From a virus (taxonomy: Duplodnaviria > Heunggongvirae > Uroviricota > Caudoviricetes), in the IMG/VR virus record IMGVR_UViG_2734482567_000007: a stretch of 38,873 nt of DNA; one strand, 5' to 3'. Of the stretch, positions 27,934 through 36,904 are shown in pieces. Each line of letters begins with the position of its first letter. Position 1 is the first letter of the stretch. Position numbers and translations under genes: made by a program. Below the pieces are notes generated by a model. It worked only from the letters and a program-made list of their open reading frames with translations, made no database searches and was not told the origin of the DNA.

Positions 27934-29041
27934 ACTGTATATCGGTGGCAGTATTTTTTCCGGCTGGCTGACGGTCAGCGTCCGTCGCTCGCTGGAGCAT
28001 CTGGCCGGGTCGTTTGAACTGGGGCTGATGCTGCCCGGTGAGCGCATCCCCTCAGCCCTGCGAACCGGTCAGTCCCTGACGCTCAGAATTAACGGGCAGA
28101 CGGTCATCAGTGGCTGGCTGGATCAGGTCAGTCAGCGGATCAGTGCAACCCGTCATCAGATCAGCATCAGCGGTCGGGATAAAACCGGCGACCTGGTGGA
28201 CTGTGCCGCCATCCATCCCGGCAGCCAGTGGCGCAACCGGACGCTGGCACAGATTGCCGCAGATTTATGTGCGCCCTTCGGGATAGCCGTGCGCTGGCAG
28301 GTTAACGACGACACGGCTGCACGCCCCTTCAGCTCTTTTACGCTGGAAAACTCAGAAACCGTGGCGGATGCGCTGACCCGTGCTGCCCGGCATCGCGGGG
28401 TGCTGGTGACCAGTAATGCTGACGGCGATCTGGTGTTCACCCAGGCAGGAAGCCAGCAGACGGACAGACTGGTGCTGGGAGATAACCTGCTTGATGCCGA
28501 TTACAACACGGACTGGCGAGGACGATACAGCGAATACCGTGTCCGGGGACACGGGCGCGGTGGTGGCAAACGGGGAGACAGCGAATCCGCCGCCCGTCTG
28601 GCAGCACCTGTGGGCGTCATCAGTGATGAGCAGATCGGCCGCTACCGGTCGAAAATCATCCTCGCCGATCAACAGACAGACACCACCGGTGCACGGCAGC
28701 GTGCCCTGCGTGAAATGCGCCGTGCGATTGCCCGTTCAGAACGGTTTTCTGCCACCGTGCGTGGCTGGTTCCGGGATGATGGCCGGTTATGGGATGTCAA
28801 TCTGCTGACCGGTGTTTCAGCCCTGCGTTTCGGTATAGAACAGACTGAACTGCTGGTCTGTCAGGTGGAGTTTTTACTTGATGAACATAACGGGGAAGTC
28901 ACCCGGCTGGTACTGGCACCGCGTGACGGCTTTATCGTTCCGGCAGAGCCGGACAGTAAGGGCCGGGGTGGTTCCGGTGACGATGTTGATGCCTTTATTC
29001 GCCAGCAGATGAAAAAACAGGGGATCAGCTTTGATGAATGA
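27917..29041 (+). CDS. Baseplate hub / tail protein (Mu P-like)
   Basis: 374 aa; position; overlapping start. Confidence 0.65.
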   Translation: MSSRIELYIGGSIFSGWLTVSVRRSLEHLAGSFELGLMLPGERIPSALRTGQSLTLRINGQTVISGWLDQVSQRISATRHQISISGRDKTGDLVDCAAIHPGSQWRNRTLAQIAADLCAPFGIAVRWQVNDDTAARPFSSFTLENSETVADALTRAARHRGVLVTSNADGDLVFTQAGSQQTDRLVLGDNLLDADYNTDWRGRYSEYRVRGHGRGGGKRGDSESAARLAAPVGVISDEQIGRYRSKIILADQQTDTTGARQRALREMRRAIARSERFSATVRGWFRDDGRLWDVNLLTGVSALRFGIEQTELLVCQVEFLLDEHNGEVTRLVLAPRDGFIVPAEPDSKGRGGSGDDVDAFIRQQMKKQGISFDE

Positions 29042-29645
29042 TGAAGTGTTCAGCCGCCTGATTGCCCCGGTAACGCGCGGTATTCGCCTGTTGTTTGGCC
29101 GGGGCGTTCTGACCGGCACACATGACGAACTGAAAATGCAGAATGTGCAGCTCACCGGCATGGACGGCGAAACCTTTGATGATGTGGAGCGTCCCCAGCA
29201 GTACGGGCAGATCAGCGTTCCCCTGCCGGGTGCGGAAACCTTTTTTGCCTGTCTGGGCGGACAGCGGGATCAGACTGTGGTGCTTGTGGTGGAAGACCGG
29301 CGCAGCCGCCCGACCGGACTCACAGCCGGAGATACGGGGGTGTATCACCATGAGGGGCACCGGATACGGTTAACAAAGGATGGTCGCATTATTGTGACAT
29401 GCAAAATGCTGGAGATTTACGCCGATGAGGGGATGCGGGTGGATACGCCGGAGGCCACCTTTACGGGCAATGTGACGGTGGATAAAAACCTGCATGTTAA
29501 GGGTAATTTCGTGCTTGATGGTACAGGTAAATCAGACGGGCTGTTCACGATGTCTGATGCCGTTATTGCCGGGATCACCTATTCCGGCCATGTGCATCAG
29601 GATAACGGCAAAGGCAGTAAGACAGGAGCGCCGGAGAATGGCTGA
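29031..29645 (+). CDS. Baseplate spike/assembly protein (gpV-like)
   Basis: 204 aa; position; overlapping start. Confidence 0.6.
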   Translation: MMNDEVFSRLIAPVTRGIRLLFGRGVLTGTHDELKMQNVQLTGMDGETFDDVERPQQYGQISVPLPGAETFFACLGGQRDQTVVLVVEDRRSRPTGLTAGDTGVYHHEGHRIRLTKDGRIIVTCKMLEIYADEGMRVDTPEATFTGNVTVDKNLHVKGNFVLDGTGKSDGLFTMSDAVIAGITYSGHVHQDNGKGSKTGAPENG

Positions 29646-30075
29646 TATTGCAATTGTATGGGATCAGGGGTGCGGTTCGCTGCAACTGAACGGTGCCGAC
29701 TTGCTGACGGATGACAGTCTGCTGACGGCCGTTCTGATTTCGCTGTTTACTGACCGCCGGGCGCTGGCATCGGATGAAATCCCTGACGGTACGCGCGACC
29801 GCCGGGGATGGTGGGGAGACAGTTTTCGCCCGCGCCCCATTGGCTCCCGTCTGTGGCTTCTCAGCCGGGAAAAAACGCTGGCCTCGGTGATAAGCCGTGC
29901 CCGTGCTTACGCGGATGAGGCGCTGGGCTGGCTCAGTCAGGATGGCGTGGCGTCATCCGTGGTCTGTCATGCAGAACGTGTGGGACACGCGCGGCTGGCG
30001 CTTTCGGTGCGCATAACCCTGCCTGATGGTTCAGTGAGGCCCATGATTTTTTATGCTGATCTTAAGGGGGAGTAA
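29638..30075 (+). CDS. Baseplate wedge protein (gpW/gp25-like)
   Basis: ATG at 29638 overlapping previous stop (ATGGCTGA); 145 aa; position before J-like gene. Confidence 0.6.
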   Translation: MADIAIVWDQGCGSLQLNGADLLTDDSLLTAVLISLFTDRRALASDEIPDGTRDRRGWWGDSFRPRPIGSRLWLLSREKTLASVISRARAYADEALGWLSQDGVASSVVCHAERVGHARLALSVRITLPDGSVRPMIFYADLKGE

Positions 30076-31157
30076 TGCCTTATCAGCCTTTACCGCTGGC
30101 ACAGTTAATCACGCAGACACAGCAGGATATCAGCCAGCGCCTGCCCGGCTCGCAGCCGGGTGTGAATGAAACCACCCTGAATGCCATTGCTTACGCTCAG
30201 GCAGGGTTATCTGCTCAGGAGCATGAGCATCTGGCCTGGATTGCGCGTCAGATCATCCCGACCGAAGCCGATGAAGCCGAACTGCTGAAACACTGTGCAT
30301 TCTGGGGCGTCATGCGTAAGCCTGCCTCTCGGGGGGACGGGCCGGTTCAGCTGATGCTGACCACGGATGCGGGGATCAAGGAAGGTGTGCTTCTCCAGCG
30401 AAGTGATGGCGTGGTTTACCGTATCACCACCTCCCTGACCGGTAAGGCCGGTACGCTGAATGTCAGTGTGGAAGCCGAAAGTGCCGGTCGTGCGGGGAAT
30501 GCCCCGGCAGGGACAAAACTGACATTTATCACACCGCAGGCGGGGATCAACCAGACGGCCACGGTGACCGGAACGGGGATCACCGGTGGTGCGGATGTGG
30601 AAACCGTGCCGGAGCTGCTTTCCCGTCTGGTTTTCCGGGTGCAGAATCCACCGTCCGGCGGCACGCAGTATGATTTTGAACGCTGGGCGCGTGAAGTGCC
30701 GGGCGTGACGCGGGCATGGTGCCGCCCGGAATGGCCGCAGGCGGGCAGCGTGGGGGTAACGTTTGTTCAGGATAATAACCCGGATATTTTCCCCGGTGAC
30801 GGTGATGTTCAGCGGGTGGCGGATTATATCCGCAGTCATGATGATCCGGCGACCGGCCAGCCTGTCGGACAGCCTCTGGGGCCGACGGTGACCGTGTTTA
30901 AACTGACCAATAAGCCGGTGCCCTTCAGCATCAGGATCATCCCGAAAACACCGGAGAATCAGGCGGCCGTAAAACAGGCGCTGACCGACCTGTTGTATAA
31001 CGAATCCCGGCCCGGCGGTCTGGTTCTGCCGTCGTCTTTCTGGCGGGCGGTGGCAGGGGTGAAAAATCTGGAGGATTTTGAAGTGCGCAGTCCGCTGACG
31101 TCAGTTCAGGCGGGAGACAGTGAGCTGCTGACGGTAGGAGAAATCACATGGCTGTAA
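30075..31157 (+). CDS. Baseplate J-like protein
   Basis: 360 aa; position; overlapping start. Confidence 0.65.
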   Translation: MPYQPLPLAQLITQTQQDISQRLPGSQPGVNETTLNAIAYAQAGLSAQEHEHLAWIARQIIPTEADEAELLKHCAFWGVMRKPASRGDGPVQLMLTTDAGIKEGVLLQRSDGVVYRITTSLTGKAGTLNVSVEAESAGRAGNAPAGTKLTFITPQAGINQTATVTGTGITGGADVETVPELLSRLVFRVQNPPSGGTQYDFERWAREVPGVTRAWCRPEWPQAGSVGVTFVQDNNPDIFPGDGDVQRVADYIRSHDDPATGQPVGQPLGPTVTVFKLTNKPVPFSIRIIPKTPENQAAVKQALTDLLYNESRPGGLVLPSSFWRAVAGVKNLEDFEVRSPLTSVQAGDSELLTVGEITWL

Positions 31158-31708
31158 CCCTGACCCCGCATCAGCGCGCCCTGTTGCAGTTACTGCCTGA
31201 CGGGCTGGCATGGGACAAGCGTCCGTCATCCGTACTGGCATCATTATGTCTGGGCCTCAGTCATTCGACAGCGCGTGTATCCTGGACGGGTAAACAGCTG
31301 CTTGCCGAGCGTTTCCCTGACACGTCGCGCCTGCTGCTGGAAGACTGGGAGCGTTATCTCGGGCTTCCCGAGTGTGATATGGCCGGAGCCACCCTCACGG
31401 AGCGACAGCGTTATGCCGGAAATAAATACCGGATGAAGCCCTCGCTGAACCGTGAATTTTATATCCGGTTTGCGGCGGAGTTTGGTTATCAGATTGACAT
31501 TCAGCCCTCACCGGATTCGCAGTGGGTCAGTATTGTCACGATTAACAGTGAAACCGGCTACCGGAATATGAATGTGCTGGATGATATTCTCACGCCGCTG
31601 CGTATTTATGAAGGCGGTGCGCTGGAATGTATTCTGAACCGTTATAAGCCTGCATGGCAGACGTTTATTTACGTTTATGCAAACAGCCATGAAGAGGAGA
31701 CTATTTAA
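31148..31708 (+). CDS. Baseplate/tail-fibre-adaptor protein (Mu gp48-like)
   Basis: 186 aa; immediately upstream of fibre gene. Confidence 0.55.
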   Translation: MAVTLTPHQRALLQLLPDGLAWDKRPSSVLASLCLGLSHSTARVSWTGKQLLAERFPDTSRLLLEDWERYLGLPECDMAGATLTERQRYAGNKYRMKPSLNREFYIRFAAEFGYQIDIQPSPDSQWVSIVTINSETGYRNMNVLDDILTPLRIYEGGALECILNRYKPAWQTFIYVYANSHEEETI

Positions 31709-32153
31709 TGTTTCATGTTGATAATAATTCCGGCGTGGCGAATATGCCTGCGCTGGCACCGGCGCAGAGTAATACCACCACCTGGTTTACCGAAGGTGAC
31801 GGACAAAAAGGTATCAGCTGGATTGGTCAGGACTGGCTGAATATTCTCCAGGCCGAACTGCTGAATATTCTGGCTGAAGCCAGTATTCAGCCGGATAAGG
31901 CGCAGTTAAACCAGCTTACGCTGTCCATTAAAGCCATTATCGCTGCGAATGCCTTTTCCCGGAAAAATAACCTGAAAGAAATTGCTGATGCCGGTGCGGA
32001 GGCCCAGCGTCTGGCCCGTGGTTATCTTGGTCTGGGGACGCTTGCCACAAAAAACAGTCTTGGTCCCGCTGACGTTAATGCCCTGGCGAAGGATCAGAAT
32101 CTCGCCGACCTGGAGAATAAGGGAACCGCCCGTAATAATCTGGATGTTTACAG
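31708..32153 (+). CDS. Tail-fibre protein, N-terminal constant part (3' truncated by N gap)
   Basis: ORF runs into the N run; N-terminus typical of Mu/P2-type fibre anchor region. Confidence 0.65.
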
Positions 32154-32403
32154 NNNNNNNNNNNNNNNNNNNNNNNNNNNNNNNNNNNNNNNNNNNNNNN
32201 NNNNNNNNNNNNNNNNNNNNNNNNNNNNNNNNNNNNNNNNNNNNNNNNNNNNNNNNNNNNNNNNNNNNNNNNNNNNNNNNNNNNNNNNNNNNNNNNNNNN
32301 NNNNNNNNNNNNNNNNNNNNNNNNNNNNNNNNNNNNNNNNNNNNNNNNNNNNNNNNNNNNNNNNNNNNNNNNNNNNNNNNNNNNNNNNNNNNNNNNNNNN
32401 NNN
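32154..32403. other. Assembly gap (250 N)
   Basis: Uninterrupted run of N. Confidence 0.99.
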
Positions 32404-32427
32404 GGCTGTCTATAGCGCGGCGATTTT

Positions 32428-32493
32428 TTTGATACCGATTTGCATTTCATTTGATACCGCTGAAAAACGCCGATACGCAACTTATTTGATACT
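32428..32493 (+). repeat. Right-end transposase-binding-type repeats (TTTGATACCG at 32428-32437 and 32450-32459, TTTGATACT at 32485-32493)
   Basis: Same motif as at left end, immediately downstream of mom stop on the minus strand and abutting the N gap. Confidence 0.6.
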
Positions 32494-32538
32494 AAATCGG
32501 CGCTTTTCTTTTGAGTTTTAGAATGAGTTTTTAAGCGT

Positions 32539-33276
32539 TCATTCACTCTCTTTCAAACCAGTTTTAACTGTTTGTGGTTTTGGGTAAGGCTGGACTTTGA
32601 ATAGCTTTGTGTTAAGGCGTTTTCTGGCTCTCTTGTCCAGAAACCGGATGTAACGAAACTGACGGAATTTATGAACACTGGCTCTGTCGATATTAGCCCG
32701 CAGATGTTCACCTCGCTGTCCTCCTCGTTTGATTGCATTCTTGCAAATCTCGTGATACCACTCGCCATCAAGTTCATAGAATGTTGTTTCATGACTGCCT
32801 ACATAATCAAAATTGCTTGCCTGGTACACGACACCAAGACAGCCACAACGCTCATCTGCAAACGACTGAACCCACTGCACCTGCGGATAAAGTTGTCTGA
32901 TTAGTTTGAGCGCGTAACTGATTGCCCTTGATTCGGAGTTTCTCGGCATACAGTCATGCAGCCATAACCGGTTAAGCTCCATATATTCGCGGTTCTGCGT
33001 GCCAGTTACGACGCGTGCACCATTGTTTGGATTAAGGGCATAACCCCATTGCATTACGCCAACCAGCTCCCGTTCTGAAAATATGCCCAGATGAAGGTAG
33101 GAATTATTTACGAAACGATGGCTGTAATGTTTATTGACGACGACCAGCCGGGCCAGCCAGCAACTTATTGTCTCAACCCGTAACTCACGGGAGCCATAAC
33201 CGACGATATTGTCGTTATAGTGAATAAGTTCAGGCGTGCTGATGATACGGGATGTAACTTGCTTTCTGTTCCCCAC
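32539..33276 (-). CDS. mom: Mom-like DNA modification protein; start inferred as GTG at 33276 inside 3' end of com
   Basis: Last gene before the phage end, immediately downstream of and overlapping a Com-like zinc-finger gene; mom frame has no ATG near com stop; GTG at 33276 preceded by AAGGA (9-nt spacing). Confidence 0.55.
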   Translation of the reverse strand: MGNRKQVTSRIISTPELIHYNDNIVGYGSRELRVETISCWLARLVVVNKHYSHRFVNNSYLHLGIFSERELVGVMQWGYALNPNNGARVVTGTQNREYMELNRLWLHDCMPRNSESRAISYALKLIRQLYPQVQWVQSFADERCGCLGVVYQASNFDYVGSHETTFYELDGEWYHEICKNAIKRGGQRGEHLRANIDRASVHKFRQFRYIRFLDKRARKRLNTKLFKVQPYPKPQTVKTGLKESE

Positions 33277-33430
33277 GACAGGATTTCCTTGTGTATGTGG
33301 GGTGCTCTGTGGCGCTCTGAGATGTGATTTGATTGAGGGTTTTACAGCGCGGACATTTAACTTCCAGATAACTGAAGCTGGCTCGTGCCAGTAGCTTGTT
33401 ACAATGTCGGCACCGTATGTTTCGATACAT
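33230..33430 (-). CDS. com: Com-like zinc-finger translational activator of mom
   Basis: 66 aa from ATG 33430 (GGAGG upstream); CRHCNKLL...CPRCK zinc-finger resembling Mu Com; overlaps mom start. Confidence 0.7.
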   Translation of the reverse strand: MYRNIRCRHCNKLLARASFSYLEVKCPRCKTLNQITSQSATEHPTYTRKSCRGEQKASYIPYHQHA

Positions 33431-33570
33431 GGCCGCATAACCTCCTGCTTTGTTGTTGATATCTTTATCACTCAATCGATCGACAAAAACGATCGATTTG
33501 ATTTATTTAATTGATACAACAAATAACACGAAATGTCATTAGCGAAAATTTATGAGTTTGATCACTAATT
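33431..33570 (-). promoter_or_regulatory. com-mom upstream regulatory region with clustered GATC sites
   Basis: GATC at 33478-33481 and 33491-33494, each within a CGATCG palindrome, and a third at 33560-33563, in an AT-rich region upstream of com. Confidence 0.45.
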
Positions 33571-33686
33571 TTAAACGGTGCTGTAACGCATAAGTGCTGA
33601 ATGATTGTACATTTGAATACCGCAAAGCAAACAAATCAACTAATTTATAGAAGTCAATTGGTTAATTGCCAGCGTAAGAGGCTGCT

Positions 33687-33980
33687 ATGGACAATCATGT
33701 AACGACGAGAAATCGAAAAATGATTGAAAATGCGGAAATCTATAATGATTATTTTTCCGATTATTCAGATGCCTGCAAATACAGTTCGAGTGCGGGAGAG
33801 TTCATATGCTTCAACTTTTTTATTAAATCTTATGTTTTTCCTCCACAGCAAGAAGATGGAGGTGTGCCACCTCCTGAAATCACTTTGCACCGTATAGCCT
33901 CCGTCTCAATGATGGAGCAACAGGCTAATGAGCTGTATAGCATTCTGGGAACGATTCTACAAAAGCGTGAATCGGACTAA
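33687..33980 (+). CDS. Hypothetical AT-rich protein, divergent from com-mom
   Basis: 97 aa; RBS TAAGAGG 5 nt before ATG; markedly AT-rich relative to phage core. Confidence 0.45.
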   Translation: MDNHVTTRNRKMIENAEIYNDYFSDYSDACKYSSSAGEFICFNFFIKSYVFPPQQEDGGVPPPEITLHRIASVSMMEQQANELYSILGTILQKRESD

Positions 33981-34062
33981 TGATACCGGTTCATTTGCCT
34001 GCCCGGATGGGGAAGCAGGATTGACTGCTCCATAAGCAGCTATATTTCTGAATACGAAATAC

Positions 34063-34142
34063 TATCCAGCGATTACATATGGCTGGATAGCGGCAAAGAT
34101 GTTTTCATTAGTGTCAAACCGGCAGAGGACACCACCGGTTTG
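34063..34142. other. Two palindromic elements between convergent genes (TATCCAGC/GCTGGATA and CAAACCGG/CCGGTTTG)
   Basis: Perfect 8-bp inverted repeats at 34063-34089 and 34115-34142; the second ends 5 bp before the stop of the 84-aa gene. Confidence 0.35.
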
Positions 34143-34147
34143 TATTG

Positions 34148-34402
34148 TTACATCATGGTACTGTCAGTTCCGGGCTGAGCCGGGTCTGGTTGCTCTGGCT
34201 GCGCGTCGGTTTTCGGCTCATTATCAGCATCACTGGCCGCAACTGCTGGCCCAATAAGTTTTGCCAGCACTTCATCAACGTAAGTGTCGATTTGTGCCTC
34301 AAAATCCTTGCGGACCTGCGCTTTCAGCAACTTATTTACTTCACCGGAATACAGTGCCTGTTTTACCAGGTCTTCAGTGACGGTGCCTTTAATTTCTGGC
34401 AT
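34148..34402 (-). CDS. Hypothetical acidic protein
   Basis: 84 aa; strong RBS AGGAGG 6 nt before ATG; Asp/Glu/Pro-rich C-terminus. Confidence 0.5.
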   Translation of the reverse strand: MPEIKGTVTEDLVKQALYSGEVNKLLKAQVRKDFEAQIDTYVDEVLAKLIGPAVAASDADNEPKTDAQPEQPDPAQPGTDSTMM

Positions 34403-34437
34403 GTATATCCTCCTTATGCGGGAATAAAGCCCTGCAA

Positions 34438-34620
34438 TCAGGGCTGGGTCGGGTCTTTTGGGAGCGGAGTTACCTGCGCTGTTTTACTGAGTTTTTCAGC
34501 TGCTGCGTCCTCAATTTTGCGGCGAACATAATTTCTGATGGCCTTATAACCACCACTCACCAGATATAACGCACATACTGCCGTGCAGAAATACAATAAA
34601 ATAAGCTGTAAAAATGTCAT
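34438..34620 (-). CDS. 60-aa single-transmembrane peptide (candidate small membrane toxin or lysis/exclusion peptide)
   Basis: ATG at 34620 preceded by GGGAGGG; N-terminal hydrophobic helix MTFLQLILLYFCTAVCALYLVSGGY followed by basic/charged tail. Confidence 0.45.
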   Translation of the reverse strand: MTFLQLILLYFCTAVCALYLVSGGYKAIRNYVRRKIEDAAAEKLSKTAQVTPLPKDPTQP

Positions 34621-34635
34621 TATCCCTCCCAATTA

Positions 34636-34758
34636 TTGACATGGTGTTGACACCGGTAATATCTGTTAGGTAAAAAGGTGCACTGCATTTTTTGCTTTGG
34701 ATATAACGATCTTTTTGCCGCCGGTTTCTTGTTTTCCCTTACCGGCGGCATTTTTTTA
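34636..34758 (+). ncRNA. Candidate small RNA transcription unit antisense to the leader of the 60-aa peptide gene
   Basis: TTGACA (34636-34641), 15-bp spacer, TAATAT (34657-34662), then intrinsic terminator GCCGCCGGT...ACCGGCGGC + TTTTTTT (34717-34757); no plus-strand protein gene to serve. Confidence 0.35.
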
Positions 34759-34764
34759 TCCTGC

Positions 34765-36819
34765 TTACGCGTTATTCACTTCCACCACGATACTGTCAAT
34801 CAGTACCGGGTAAGTCGCATTTTTAGTGATATCGGTCACGCGCAACTTGTCTGCCGTAAACGTGCCGACCGGAGACTGCGACAGCATGAATGGTGTCCCG
34901 TCCTTACCATCAATGACCGGCGTCACCTCAATACTGTTGTTACCGGCAAAACGGAAGCCCAGCGTATGCCATTCGTTATTAAATGCGCCGAATGACCCCA
35001 GCTTCGTGTTCTGCGCCGTGTTTCCTTTGTGATACATCACGTTAAGGTCTGTGGCATCGCTCTGTACGTAGAACGATGCCAGCAGGTTATGACCGGCATT
35101 TCCTTCCAGAGTAACCCCTTGCGGCAGGGCAGAAACCGGCCAGTACAGCGCCAGTGCGTACTGATTAGCCGTAAGCGCGCCATCGAGTTTAAAACGACAA
35201 CTGACAAGACCACCTTTACCCAGCAGGTCCGCACCATTACCAGCATCATGCTCAAGGTACCAGGGGGCTCTTCCTGTTTCCTTGGTCAGTTTCATTGCCT
35301 TACCCCCGCTGGCTCCGGCATCATCCACGATTTGAGCCTTGCCACCTCCGGCAGCCCAACCCTGTGGTGTCAACCGTCCTTCAGACTCAGATGCCCGGTA
35401 AGCAAATAGCGTACTCATCGTCGTGGTGTCTGCGGGTGGCGTGGACGGTTTTGATGGTGTATCAGGTGACGGCTTCTCATCCGGTGGTGTCACGGTCTGC
35501 CCACGCATCAGTTCAGCCGTGCGCCCTGCATGGAGCATAATAGCTGAGGCCAGACGGTCTGAAATGACGCCCCTGCGTGCCCATGAGCTGAAATGGCTGT
35601 CACGCTGTGTCGAAACAAAACTGCCCTGGGTTCGGGATGCTGCACCGTAATACCCGACAGCCACAATATCCGGGTCTTCCGCCGGAGCATTCGTTGGCGT
35701 GCTCTGTCCATTCTCATCCGTCAGGAACGGTACAAAGAAAATTTTCTGTGCTTCCTTGCCTTTGTAGCCACCGTATACTGCCTCATATTTATCGGTGCCA
35801 GCGTTTTTCCAGTAATACGTGGTATCACCGCAAATCCACGGCACCGTGGTGGCATTTCCACTCACGCACTGCGCAGCAAGCGGAGCCAGGTCAGTTCTGA
35901 ACTGCTGAACCATGGCCGTGAATAAACTATTATGCTGCTGGCTTCCTGAGGCAAGGTCTGCCTCTCCCTGCATCCAGACCACAGCCAGAAGTTTGTTTTT
36001 CGGGTTTTTCGCCAGCGCGACTTTGGTGCGGCTTACCAGGTCCTGATACAGAGGTTTACCGGCCCCCCAGCGTGAAGAATCAGCGGAAGCACCGCTGGCC
36101 TCACTGAATGAGCCGTCGGCTCCAGTGGTGAATGCTGACCCGCCACGACAACAGGGCACCAGAAGTATCCCGGCATTCTGTGGGATATAGGGAAGCAGTT
36201 TTTTGGCAATATGCAACCCCTGACCGACAGTCCCGTACTGGCCTTTTGCCAGATCAGCTTTCGGGTGGTTTATCCCGCTCATATCCTGAACATCATGCAG
36301 GCAGTGGTCTGCCGGAATGATGTCGTTGTATGTACACGACGTACCGTTGGGCGTTACCGTACTGCGGCGTGCCAGTTGCTTAATGCGTGGGTCCGGGCGG
36401 TCAAACGAATCCGGTAACGGCAGCCCCTCGCCGTAGGCCATGCCATTTGACTGACCCGCGAGAATGACAACAAAGTAATATTCCGGCTCTGAACTGCTGC
36501 CATTCGTGCTACCGGAAGGCCCGGCGTTATCCGGTGCATTCCAGTCGGAGGGCGTGAGCGTTCCGGCCACGTCAGATGTGATTGGAATGATGCCAGTCAC
36601 GCCTGAACTGGTGATTTCTGCACTGGGATTACCGGATACCGGCATTACCCATAATGGCTCTTTCGTGCTGAAGCGGATCACGCAGTCTGCGAAGGTGATC
36701 CCCCCTTTATTACCCGAAGGGCGGAAAGGGCTTTCAATAAATGCCACCGTGCCACCGGCAACCTTGACTGAAAACTCTCCGGGCATGGCGGAGAGCATTT
36801 TCCACTTGGAGTCTGACAT
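34765..36819 (-). CDS. SGNH/sialate-O-acetylesterase-like carbohydrate esterase with C-terminal lectin-like domain (NanS-p-like)
   Basis: 684 aa; YYFVVILAGQSNGMAYGEG esterase motif; Pro/Ser/Thr-rich linker; C-terminal beta-rich domain; inserted between gin and com. Confidence 0.5.
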   Translation of the reverse strand: MSDSKWKMLSAMPGEFSVKVAGGTVAFIESPFRPSGNKGGITFADCVIRFSTKEPLWVMPVSGNPSAEITSSGVTGIIPITSDVAGTLTPSDWNAPDNAGPSGSTNGSSSEPEYYFVVILAGQSNGMAYGEGLPLPDSFDRPDPRIKQLARRSTVTPNGTSCTYNDIIPADHCLHDVQDMSGINHPKADLAKGQYGTVGQGLHIAKKLLPYIPQNAGILLVPCCRGGSAFTTGADGSFSEASGASADSSRWGAGKPLYQDLVSRTKVALAKNPKNKLLAVVWMQGEADLASGSQQHNSLFTAMVQQFRTDLAPLAAQCVSGNATTVPWICGDTTYYWKNAGTDKYEAVYGGYKGKEAQKIFFVPFLTDENGQSTPTNAPAEDPDIVAVGYYGAASRTQGSFVSTQRDSHFSSWARRGVISDRLASAIMLHAGRTAELMRGQTVTPPDEKPSPDTPSKPSTPPADTTTMSTLFAYRASESEGRLTPQGWAAGGGKAQIVDDAGASGGKAMKLTKETGRAPWYLEHDAGNGADLLGKGGLVSCRFKLDGALTANQYALALYWPVSALPQGVTLEGNAGHNLLASFYVQSDATDLNVMYHKGNTAQNTKLGSFGAFNNEWHTLGFRFAGNNSIEVTPVIDGKDGTPFMLSQSPVGTFTADKLRVTDITKNATYPVLIDSIVVEVNNA

Positions 36820-36904
36820 CGTCTTTTCTGCCTGTTTCTGAATTAAACAGAGTCAGAATAGCGACCGCTGAAAAATATGTGTTTTGCGGAAATTCAAAAA
36901 AGCG

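Larger units (their letters stand above)
77..32153 (+). mobile_element. Mu-like transposable prophage, left arm (left end through 5' part of tail-fibre gene, truncated by assembly gap)
   Basis: Gene order repressor/ner/A/B/gam/gemA/activator/lysis/terminase/portal/F/G/I/T/sheath/tube/tape measure/baseplate/fibre matches phage Mu; TTTGATACCG end repeats at 84-239; DDE transposase and AAA+ B protein present. Confidence 0.85.

Noticed and set aside
32154-32403. N-run as a biological low-complexity or masked element
   Set aside because: Uniform run of 250 N is an assembly/scaffold gap, not sequence; the fibre ORF simply runs into it.
84-32493. Same-orientation end repeats at both ends taken to mean two separate tandem elements
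   Set aside because: The second repeat block is adjacent to mom/com/gin on the minus strand, so it is the right end read in reverse; a single phage with a mis-oriented or rearranged right arm is more parsimonious, though a second copy cannot be excluded from sequence alone.
32539-33471. 310-aa ORF as the full mom coding sequence
   Set aside because: The 5' third of this ORF lies entirely inside the Com-like gene in another frame and its nominal start is non-ATG; the real start is most likely the GTG at 33276 with its own Shine-Dalgarno, giving about 245 aa.
34678-34995. Plus-strand 105-aa ORF downstream of the candidate sRNA promoter
   Set aside because: It overlaps the esterase gene on the opposite strand, has no RBS, and the plus-strand terminator at 34717-34757 would stop transcription inside it.
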